Source: Lingula anatina (lineage: Eukaryota; Animalia; Brachiopoda). Taken from it: DNA of 64,000 nucleotides. The notes under the pieces are model-generated. The model was not told the origin of the DNA. It saw nothing but the letters and a program-made list of their open reading frames with translations, and made no database searches. The stretch lies in the NCBI GenBank assembly GCA_051362555.1, contig CM120642.1, forward strand, positions 27,528,001 to 27,592,000. Direction: 5' to 3'. Positions within the stretch are counted from its first letter, which is position 1, and every line of letters begins with the position of its first letter. Shown in pieces: positions 40,698 through 51,833 of this stretch. The position numbers were made by a program, and so were the translations under genes.

Positions 40698-43600
40698 ATG
40701 CTAGCGAGACACTTAAAAAGCCGGCACCTTGCTTGGTGTTCGGAATTAATTCTAATATTGTTGGTCACGTCATCGCTGTTTGTAATAACATCAGATGCAG
40801 AGGAACTGAAATTTAAAAAAGAAAATGATTCCAAGGATGATGTTAAGGTAAAATATTTTGTTTGTTTGTTTGTTTTAAATATTTGATTAGTTAAATAGTG
40901 CCGCTAGTTTTTAATTTTCATAGTGTCATCTCGCAAGGCGAAATGGCGTGAAAATTAATTACTGAATTACCATGTAATTTACTAATTACTTTGCATTAGA
41001 CACATATTTTCATTTAAATATGGAACAGTAATGTTTTTACTCTGATCAGAACTTCCCATTTAATTTTTTCATCAGTTCTTTATTATGTTTATCTTAATAC
41101 AAAATCAAAAAAAAAAAAAAAAAAATTAATTCAGTTCAAATTTTAATGTTAGGATGTACTGCTTGTATCTGCTTATTGTGGCAGCATACTGAGTGGAGGT
41201 TTCAAATGTTCTTTACACTTGGACTTTCACTGTTACAGTTTTCACAAAAACTAGGTTTGTGTGAACTAACATGCTTAATCATGTGGAGTTTTTCAATAAA
41301 TGCTTATTTTACATTTTGTCAAGCACAACCATATTCCAACTCTTTGTATTCCCATTGGCAGCATATAACTGGTTACCTAAACTGGCATTGCTACCTATTT
41401 TTTTTCTTTGGGGGGGAGGGGGGTTCGTGCACAAAATGTCAACATCTGCTTTTGATCTTGGGCTTTATTCCAGGAGTAGATTCACCTTTTCTGTTTGAAC
41501 ATACACTTGTACCACAAACAATTTTTTTCAGGAGGTTGCCATTAAAAAGATTGCTTCTAAGCTGAAACCCGAAATCCCTGAGATGGACCTGGGTTTTGTC
41601 CATGCCTTCGTAGCATCCATATCAGTGATTGTGGTCTCTGAGCTTGGAGACAAAACTTTTTTCATTGCTGCTATCATGGCAATGAGACATTCAAGACTGA
41701 TAGTGTTTGCTGGGGCCATGGGTGCTTTAGGACTGATGACAGTGTTATCAGGTATGTCTTCAATGGAAAAAAAGTGTTAATAAATAGTTCTGGTACATGG
41801 AAACATATAAAAGGGATAATAACTCTTCGTTTTGGCCAAAAAATGAATTTTCCTGGAGTAAACAACAATTTTCCCATACTTACCAATGATTAATGAATCC
41901 ATTTTTACATTCAAAGTTAGTCTGGTTTTTTTCTAAAAAGTTTGGTTTTTTGTTAAAATCTCTTAAGAGATCATAACAGACTATAGCCATCAATGGAGGT
42001 CAGGTGCTCTGAAGACAAGCTAAGATAACAGAATAATAGCTATAACTGCCGTTTTTCTTGTACAACAGAATACATTATATTTCTATGAGTTGTTCACAAT
42101 GTTTTTATTGTGAAATATAGATCTCATACGAGGAGTTATAATCCCTTTAAAAACAGTTTAATTTTGGTTCCAGCAAGTTTGACACTGCTTAACGTCATAT
42201 ATTTATTTTTGCCAATGTTTCAGCTTGTCTGGGTTATGCCACCACTGTCATCCCAAGAAAGTTGACATTTTATTTGTCATCTGCTCTGTTTGCAATATTT
42301 GGACTCAAAATGCTTAGAGAAGGTATGTCTTGTTAATTGATGATTTATAATGGTATCACATGAATAAGCTGACAAGTGCATGCAAAGTTTATAAGATCTA
42401 GGGGTACATCAGAAATAATATGAATATTAGCATAACATTATATAACAAAATAATCAAACTGCTATTGTACATAATCCATGTTTGTCAACCCTCCCAAACC
42501 AGTGCTGTAGTATAAAGCTATCCCTTCCCCCTAAAAGATAATGATAATAATAATAATAGAAATAATAATAAATGCATGGGGACTGTAAATCTCTGGGACT
42601 TTTAGCATATGGGACACCTTTTTTAATTTCTTACTTGTAGGCTGGACAATGTCTGATGATGAGGCCAAAGAAGAATATGAAGAAGTTCAGGCAGATCTCA
42701 GAAAAAGGGAAGATGAGGTGAGTTATAAAATACTGATGAGCTTCCACAATTTCTTTGAATACAGATAAATTTTCATATATAGATGCACATATAGGTTATT
42801 CAATTCAAAATACTGTTGTGAACAAAATTGTTTGTCAAAAAAAGGAATTAGTTTCTGTAGCAATAACAAATAGGTCTTTTAGCAAGATGCATAATTTTTT
42901 TCTCTTATATCCTTTCCCCCCGATTAAAAATAAAAAAACTGTTTCCACCTTCTTGGTTCGAGAGAATATAAGAGATCTTTGGTTATTTCCTTGTGTGATA
43001 TGAGGAAATGGCTAAATTTTACCAAGGGAAACAAGATGTCACAGAAAAAAATCCAGTGGAATGGTCCAGATCATTTAACATTTTGACAGTGCTACAATGG
43101 TTTCTTGATTAATTTTTTAAATAATTACAGCTTTTATGTTCTTTTAGCTTTCTTCCTCAGCATATTTTTCCTTATTAATTAATAGGTGAACGCATTGTTC
43201 TTTGCACTTGTACTAATGCATTATATGTATCTTTCAGTTTGAGAAGGAGAATGTTACAACAGATATAGAAACAGGCATAATACGGGTAAAGAGGCGTGGC
43301 TGGCTGTCCTGTTTACCAAGGATCTTCATACAGTCTCTGACATTAACATTTTTAGCAGAGTGGGGGGACAGGTCTCAAATAGCAACAATTATATTAGGAG
43401 CCAGAGAGGTAAAGAAAAATAAAAGAAAGAAAAAAATTCAGCCCTCAACCAATAATCAATATTTTTATTTGTGTTCACTATCTTTTACTATTTGTCAGAG
43501 TTTAAATCATGGTTGATCTTAACTAATTGTCCTGGTATGATCTAAGAAGGCCATGTAAATGATTTAGTTAATATTAATTTTATGTATTTTAACATGATGT

Positions 43601-44355
43601 GCAGGATTATTTGAATATCAGGTCATGTTATTGTTCAGAATATCCATGGCATACTCCATGAGTCCTACAATATTTGTAGTATTCATTGTATCCTTGGAAT
43701 ATTTATCAGTGAATATAAGATCATTTAAAAAAGACAACACCATCAAAAGTGAAAAAAAAAAAAAAAAGAAAAATAGCACATATTTACATTCTGTAGTGCA
43801 GATAGGCTTAATACAACCAGTGAATATTTGCTCTCTGCTTCTGTTTCAGGAGGTAGCAGGTGTAATACTGGGAGGGTGCATAGGTCATGCCCTCTGTACT
43901 GGGTTAGCTGTGTTAGGGGGGAGGTTCATTGCTCAGAGGATCTCAGCTAGAACTGGTGAGGCATGATTTCATCACTGTTGTATTACTGTCATGTGAAGTC
44001 TTCCAGTGTAATTAAAAATCATACAGACTGAGGGCAATTTTTGAACAGAACTTAAACTCCTCTCTCTCTCTTTCACTGATATCTGGTGGAAATATTAATG
44101 GATTAAAATTATTTGAATATCCATCGAAGGTAATCAAGGCTATGTGTATTTGTATACTGCAGTAATGTTGCTTTCTGAAAAGTTCAGGCAATACTGTGTT
44201 TACTAGATAAAATACTGTATTTTTTGCCTTATAATAGTCACTGACAACTGATTTGCTTTTCCTTTACATTTTCAGTCCATATGATTGGTGGAGTTGTGTT
44301 CTTGATTTTTGCCCTCTCGGCTTTTATAATTGACCCAGATGAGCACTCCTTATAG
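40698..44355 (+). CDS. TMEM165: TMEM165/GDT1 (UPF0016) Golgi Ca2+/Mn2+:H+ antiporter, ~300 aa
   Basis: 7 phase-consistent exons: 40698-40847, 41532-41751, 42224-42322, 42641-42717, 43238-43408, 43850-43955, 44276-44355. Both UPF0016 motifs present (SELGDKT and AEWGDRSQ); N-terminal signal peptide; acidic loop EEYEEVQADLRKREDE; GHALCTGLAVLGG. Confidence 0.97.
41812..42146. mobile_element. Second, more decayed copy of the TTAA MITE family, in TMEM165 intron 2
   Basis: AGGGATAATAACTCTTCG ... CGAGGAGTTATAATCCCT|TTAA. Internal similarity to 32270-32558 (AATCTCTTAAGAG vs AATCTCTTATGAG; TTTATTGTGAAAT vs TTTATTGTGGAAT). Confidence 0.75.
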
Positions 44356-47257
44356 AGGGAGGACCATATGAAAAGAGACATATAACTGCACAGATACAAG
44401 ATATACCAAAGTTTACAACGGATGGGGTATATACGTTGTGTATGGGAGTGAATGAGGCGTGAAGAATTTCCATTGACATCTGGGTCTCTAGTCAACAACT
44501 TAATAGGGATGAGATTTTTCTGACTATCAGCAGATTTCGGACTTTTTTGGGAGCTAAAAATATCATTGGTCTAGTCAGCTCCATGGATCCCATGCTATAT
44601 TTTCCAACTTTTTCACTAAATGACAGTGTCATCCCTTGCTGTTGTCTGATAGATTTGTTTTCCAAATGTCGAAGCAGATTCCAAGACCTATTGACAAGGG
44701 GTCCTGCAACTTTTACACAATTAAGTTATAAACACAGTGTTTCATTTTCATCAGAAGACCATGTATCAGTGTAAGGTATGGTTTGCACACACTTGCACTT
44801 TGCAATAAAGAATGTTTTTTTTAAGCTCATATCAATTTTGTCTATAAAGAAATCACAATAGGAGATATTGATCCTCTGAAATAGATTTTTCATGGTCTCT
44901 TGTGTAATAGTTATAAAAAAGTAAATTGTTGCTGTGAGGACCAAACTTTTTTCTTTTCCCTACGAGGCATGACATTTTGACTCTTCCTGAAAGGACCCTG
45001 ATCACACTGACAAGACAGTCATGATCAAGGACCTTTGAAGAAGAAACGTAGTGCCTCATAGTCACAGTCTATTCAGAAATTATTTTCTTATATTATACTT
45101 TATTATTACTTTAACCTCTTTATCCCATGAGGATCTAAGCACACTTCAGAAACTATTTACTTTTTATCATATTGATGCCTGTTTGAAAGTTGCTGATATA
45201 CCAAGGGCTGTGAATTAACTGACATGGATAGGGTAACATAGTATATGTACATATTGGATTAAATATACCACTCCCGGTGTTAATTTATGACATAAGGTGC
45301 ATATACTTCATTGGTGCAAAATCATCCCAAGGAATGACTGTATACAATTGCACTTTAGCTTTGTGCTATAGTTTTAAACCAAAAGCAATCTGAAGTAACC
45401 CTACACACAGCTTGGTTTGCAAAATGCTCATAGGTAAAATGCATACCATGTCTTACCTCTAGGGTCCTTTTACTAGTCAAAGGCCTACATCTTAATCAGA
45501 ATGATAGCCTAGCAAATGGCCTAGATCATGATCTGTCTCTTTTTATTGCTTACAAAGCAGGTGATTGTTAGACTTAGTTGGGCAATCTCAAAGATTATAT
45601 GTTTATCTTTTTGAATATTGATTACAGAGAAATTAGCAGGGAATATAATGGTACAAATTGATATATATTCCAGTTGTGCCAGCAAAAAATAGTATCAGAC
45701 AGGAGCTTTGTTTTTGTGAATTGGGCAGTTGTGATTTTTTAAATTCAGTTCTGAAGGCAACCCTCGGACTTCCGGCCAATAGATATTGGTGCCACAATAA
45801 ATGTTCAGAGATTTTTTCAAATACTGAGGCTCACGTATGAAGTTTTCCAAAAACTTTTAAAGATAATAACAACTGTGTATCATGTAGTATTCCAAAAATG
45901 AAAAGATAACAACAACCAGCGATAAGCTGCCAAGTAATTATTCAAATGTTTTTTTTTTTTTCAAATAATGTAGTTAAGAGGTGCATTTACTTGCACTTGC
46001 ATTTCTCATTTTTATTATGTGCAACAGAAATTAATCAAACTGTTTTTATATGCAAGTGGGTGTGTAGAGCTTTATTATAGTTGCAGCCGAGTCACAATTT
46101 TTCTATCTAGTTAAGATGTGAGGTTTCAGATTAAGATGATTGTATATATTGTCTTTCAGTTTTCCTTTGGAATTCCAGTCATTTTGTTGTTTCAATTTAT
46201 AGTATATATCTTGTGACAAATTAATGTATGCTAATTATCTATTACCACTACAAAGAATACAAAAGCATAAAATGGATTGTTTGATTTAAAAAAAGCATTA
46301 TGCTCCTTGATTACTCCATTTTTAAATTAATGGGTTTCTCAAACTTTTTACCAGAATGTATACATTGAATTGGCAGTATAAGATTGTCTATTAAAATTTC
46401 AAAGCACATTGTTAGTTTAGTCTGAACTGAAAGGATAATACTGAAAATGATATGTCTGAAAATAATTGGAAGCGTTGAAAACAATCCAAATAAATTATAT
46501 CCTTGAAACCAACTTCAGATTACTATTTATATTTTGAACAGCTGTGGTTTGCTGTGTAAGTTACATGTTTTTTGATGGCTGTGCCATGTGTAAATACAGA
46601 TGTGTATCATGTTGTTATACACTATGCATCATAGAATTAATCATAAGCAAGATTATTTATGTAATTTGTACAGGTGGCATTAGTGTTATGTGGGTAAAAT
46701 TATTGTTATATATTAACCACACCATCTCACGTGCTATAACATGGAAGATTCTTACGAACAGGGACTGGTTTCTCTTAAAGATTTAGATCAGATATTGGTT
46801 TCAAATTCAATCCAAAACAGTGTTCTTATTTCAATAGCAAGCAAGTTTATAAGCCTTATCATATTTATAGCATTACTAAAAAAGATAATTTTTTCAAGAA
46901 GGCTTTTGTATGCAACAGTCATTAAAAATTTGATTTTGTCAATTTTGATTAAGAATTTTATTGTTGAATCTAGAGGTAAAACGGAATGAAAACAGGCAAT
47001 CTTTAGTTAGCTGGTGTTAGTTCCTTCAGATTTTTCTTAAGTTTCTCCTTAAAATAATTGTTCTCTGCTAATGTATTGCAATGAAAATCTTGGCCAGCAA
47101 CTTTAAATGTTACTGGAAAAGTGAAATTTTAGTTTTCATCTTTTACGGTTTTGTGTTAATTGGATATATTGGTTGCCGAGGTTGTTTGCCGAGGTTGTAT
47201 TCATAAGCAGTCTTGTACCAATATAGGATGAAAAGAATACAAACTTCCGTGTAACTC

Positions 47258-47447
47258 AATAAAACATTTAATTCATGTTATTCAGGATTTTGTTATAGTT
47301 TCACACACTTAAAATTCCTTCTTAAAAGAGATCAGATAACTCAGGTATCTTAAAATATATATTTTCAATCGCATAATGTGTGCTCAAACAATCATAAAAA
47401 ACTTTCCTCTTTACAAAATTAATCATGCCTCTTAACTTTCGTTTATT
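47258..47447. terminator. Candidate convergent poly(A) signals of TMEM165 (+) and KCTD3 (-)
   Basis: AATAAA on plus at 47258-47263 and on minus at 47442-47447. Composition switches from T-rich to A-rich between them. Confidence 0.45.
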
Positions 47448-47848
47448 ATTTTTCACAGCATCTGTTAAAATTTTAAAATATGCAGCCTAATAAATAACAC
47501 TGTGCAAAGTTGATTAATAAGGCTTTGAAGGGTACACGTAAATTGCACACTTTTAAACCAGAAAGCAAAACACTCCGCAATTGTCTTCTTTAAAATTCTA
47601 AAACATACATACATAACATGTAAACTAACAAGAAAGTTCCAATAGTAAGCATTGTTTTGTATTCACTTTCCACAATTACACACTATATGTACGTATAATC
47701 ACTATTTCAGAAGAAAGCACCAATGTTGCATCCAAACCATTTGTGCATTTTAACTTATTTTGCTATTAATGCTGAAAATGGGGCACTTTTCGTATAGTGT
47801 CTGGAACAGATAAAACTAAAACCTTTGAAAAGGACCATCCATGGGCTA

Positions 47849-50800
47849 CTAGAATTTGGTTACTTGGTATCCCACGAAGCCTCCTACTGCACCTTGTACA
47901 GGCTCTCCATTAGAATTAGCCCCATTAATCCCATGCATAGAGATCAGCGATAGGTTGGAGGCCTTAATATAAGGAGTGTCCCCCCTGGGACCCAGTAAAG
48001 ATGGGGATGGGCTTATACAGGGAGTGCTACACCTGGAGCTGCTCAGATCACACTCATCAAGTAGCTTAATAAGTTCTGTGGGGGTGGGGCCTCCATCATC
48101 CCCCTGGTCTGGCTCTCCCTTCAGAAATTTATCCAAAGCCGTGGTCAGATCCCAGATTTGCACACTCCCGTTGGCGTGACCCGTGAAGATGTAACGACGT
48201 GGTCGGGACCCCATGCGGCTGGACCCCTCAAATTCGTGCACACAGAATGAGGTCACAGTAGTCCCGTCCACAGATTTGATGACACAAACTCGTTTCCCTG
48301 TTGATGAGAGACGGACGTAGAGTTGGTGGGTTTCTGGTACTACTTTTTGAACAAACACTTGTTGGTCATCTTGCTCACCATATGGACCTGAAAAATGAAA
48401 AATAATTTAATTTCCCTCCCTCTCTCTCTCTCCTAATATAGGAAAGAAGAATGATGTTTAATGGAATGCACCAACAAATTCCATCATTCTGTCAGATATA
48501 TGCAATTTATCAATAGACAGTGCTTAGAAAGTAAAGTAGTACCCTTCTATCTGTTATAGATAAGATAGCCCCATGGGTCTTTTTTCAAACTTTATATGGC
48601 TATTATTTTACAGCACTGACACCCCTTAAAAGTTACAGCCACACCCTCAGTTGTACTAAAATTCTGAAGGGCCCATGTAGATCTTTGACAACAGCTCTAT
48701 CAATCCCTCAAGTTTCAAGTTCCTTGATGTTATACTGGAAATCATAACTGCTTGAACAGACAGATGCAGGGATGGACAGAATAAAATAACCCCTAACTTC
48801 TAACACAAAACTGCAGGGATAAAAAGATGAAAATACTAAACGTCCATTTTCTTACCAATATCATTTCCTGCTGAGTAGCTGACTAGGGGTTCCGTATCTT
48901 CTAAGGAGACAATTTTAAATGAGGCCAGAGGAGTAGAACCAGGCTGCGTGGATATCATGCCTCTGAAACGGGTTACACTCCAAGTCCGTACATGATAATA
49001 CTCTGAACATACTGGAAAATAAAAAGAAAACAGTCAGCGTAAAATATCTAGAAGCAATTTGAACTGGAAAACATTCTTCAAGCCAGTTTTTACTTCCTAA
49101 TTTTCATTAAAAATGTTTGAATTCTCAGGAATTTTCTTCAACCTTGTGTGATAAACAAAGATTTTCAGAACCTAAAAAAAATTTACAGAAGATTTCAATA
49201 AATTTTCACAAATGTATAAAACATGTATGTAACTGAAATACCAACATTTATAATTAAGTAACCAATAAAACCTTTTTCACTTCATCTACCTCCATCTCTG
49301 TCAGTCCTTCACTAACCAATACACTGACTTAACTTTAAATTTCTATCTGATCTTAATGCAAAGAAAATGAATTAAGAAAATAACAAGTACCTGAAACTAA
49401 GTGTTTCTCTGAAAGCATGACCTTGGAGACAGGACTTCGATGTACAGTGAAGGTTTGAAACAGTTGTGGACCTTGCCCCACTGTCTCTGGATGCTGCACT
49501 ATCACACGGACTGTCCCAGCATTGGTGCCGTATGCTATCTCTATCCAATTCCCACTAAGCTCTCTCGTCTTTGGCGTCAGGTAAACACTTAAGGCCGTCA
49601 CCATTTCATTGGCAGGATCGCGGTACAATTCCGTCACCAGGAGATCATTGTCCTTCATACGCAAGGGGAATTTCTGCATGTCAATGTAATAGATGGAGCC
49701 ATTGTTACCTCCTAGAATAAGAAAAGAGCCCGCTGTGTCGTAACTCGTGATGCGCACTACGTCCTGTATCTGCCAATGCTGTGTCATGGAATGCCACACC
49801 CCCACTTTCCCTGTGTGGCTCAGCCCCACAAGCTGGCTCCCTATGAAGAATAAGGAGTCTATACAAACTGTCATATCAAACAAGCCCACAGCACGAGCCT
49901 CTCCTGCATCAGTCAGACTCCACAGGTGTATATGAGAACCTGTGGCCACGGCCAGCATTTTATTAGTCTCCTGATTGGCTGATGCCACTTTGGCATTCAG
50001 GGCGATTCTCTCTACTGGCTCCTCCAGGAATGGACTGGTCCACACCTGGTGCCAAGCTGTGGCCTCTTTAAGTCTGTAACAACAGACAAAATGGTTGTAA
50101 GCCACAGCTATCCAGTTGTGATGCCCCTTTACTATGGTGACACGCAGAGGATCCATAGAAGCTTGGTGGACGTGGGCACCGGGACCCATGTTACCAAATA
50201 GTAGCGACACGTCGTTTTTTCTCAGGTCCATCGAGGAGTTTCTAGAATGCTGCTGTTGAGCAAGGTGGTGAGCCAGGTCGACTGAAGAGTTGCGGGAATG
50301 GTGGCGGAGGTTTAGAGAGCCTTGACGAGAGTGGCTGAGATGAAGATCTGCAGAGGCATTCCGTGAGTGGGTTCTACCCGTGCGTTCAGACAGTCTCATC
50401 ACATTTCCAGGTCTCACAGAGGTCTCCCTTGGCAAGACAGGCTCATTCAGTGGTTGCTGTTGTTGGTGGTGTTGGTGTTGTTCTGTGTCATCGTTATTCA
50501 CTTGTGATGGAGCTCGATGCAGGGGAGGGTTAGGAGCAGGGATATATCCATGAAATATAACATCTCCACATGATGAATGATCCAGATCTTCACACAGCAG
50601 CAGTCGTTTTACCAGAGGTGTTATCCCATAATACTCTGCCTCATGACGCAAGGCACAAATGTCAACATCTTTAACGTCAATTTCCTTGGTTCTCAAATAG
50701 TTCAATATTAGTGAGAATAGTTTGGGATCCCTATCTATGAATATGGAACCTGTCTCATCTTTTAAAGAAGAGATTCTCCCACTGAGTAGACTAGTAAAGA

Positions 50801-51197
50801 AGGAATCTGTGCTCCATGTTAGGGTTTGTCTGGATGTGGAAAATCTGGAAAGAGATAAACATTTAATATTTCATGAACCACTACATACCCGGTATATTGA
50901 CCGCTTTATTAAAAATACGTTTTTGCATTAATATATAAAGTGATTCTTTTTTCGTGAAAAATATAGTTCTGTATAACCAGCATTCAATAGCGAAGTGAGT
51001 CGGTCTCAAGTACAGTGTTTACATGTTGTAACGCGTCTGAATTTCATAAGGAGACTATCTGATTTTGACTCATTCTGCAGTCAGTGTCTGGTGAAATAAC
51101 TTGCCATCGATAAATACATTTTAAGCACAGTTAGTTACCTTGTCCCTCCAACGTTTAAGTTTATAATGTCTCCCTGGATGTGAGATGGTGCAGCCAT
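47849..51197 (-). CDS. KCTD3: KCTD3/SHKBP1-family BTB/POZ + WD40 protein, ~735 aa
   Basis: 4 phase-consistent exons: 51197-51139, 50844-49391, 49011-48856, 48387-47849. Motifs: [148 protein letters not shown]. Confidence 0.96.
48560..48830. mobile_element. Decayed interspersed repeat fragment in KCTD3 intron 3
   Basis: CAAGTTTCAAG...GAACAGACAGATGCAGGGATGGACAGA...ATAACCCC...GGGATAAAA resembles the end of abundant molluscan non-autonomous repeats (recognition from memory only). Confidence 0.35.
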
Positions 51198-51644
51198 TCT
51201 GCAGCGCCGTAAAATATGTAAAAAACAGTACTTTTCACATACTTGGGCGTCGGTCGTCACCACTTGATTATCTGCTTGTGAAGTTATAGTACGCATGTGC
51301 AGATGTGAAAACGGAAATGAAAGCGCCAAAAGGTGGCATTCAGTGAGCAAAGACAAGCCACTTTTGGAAATGATTTTCCATAGCACCATCACTGAAAATC
51401 AGGTGGCACGTTAAAATAGGCTAATTGGACGTTTAAATAGGTCAATTATTTGTGAATATTTGTTTTCTATCTATCGTCCACATTTGGCAAATTTTAACTT
51501 CTTGTTCTATCAGTGTTCAGCATGCATGTACAACAGTCTATTATAGTAGCCCCTTCGATTTCTGAAAGAAAAAAAATCACACTAATAGGGCCTATTCCAG
51601 TCTTGAAGTTAGAATGTTGACTAGTTGAATCATAGTTCTAAACC

Positions 51645-51833
51645 GTGCCAAATGACACCGTTCTCCCTCTAAAATACCCTAAATTTTCGGGGCCCTTCGG
51701 TGGGTCCTGGACACCACGCCAAAGTTGGGGGTGGGGTGGGGGGGGGGGGGCGTGGGGGGGGGGGGGGGAGCGTCGGCTTCGCATCCGCGGACCCCCCCCC
51801 CCCTTCCTTCAAATAATCCTGGATCCGCCCCTG
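51645..51833 (-). mobile_element. One end of a GC-rich non-autonomous DNA transposon upstream of KCTD3
   Basis: Minus strand begins CAGGGGCGGATCCAGGA followed by G/C runs, a common MITE terminus. The partner TIR was not found. Confidence 0.55.

Noticed and set aside
44620-44745. CAGTG-containing hairpins in the TMEM165 3'UTR as iron-responsive elements
   Set aside because: Neither has the 5-bp upper stem closing a CAGUGN loop with the bulged C.
51198-51392. N-terminal extension of KCTD3 in the ORF track
   Set aside because: Family similarity starts at [18 protein letters not shown]; the upstream part looks like promoter/UTR (ETS-like AACGGAAATG).
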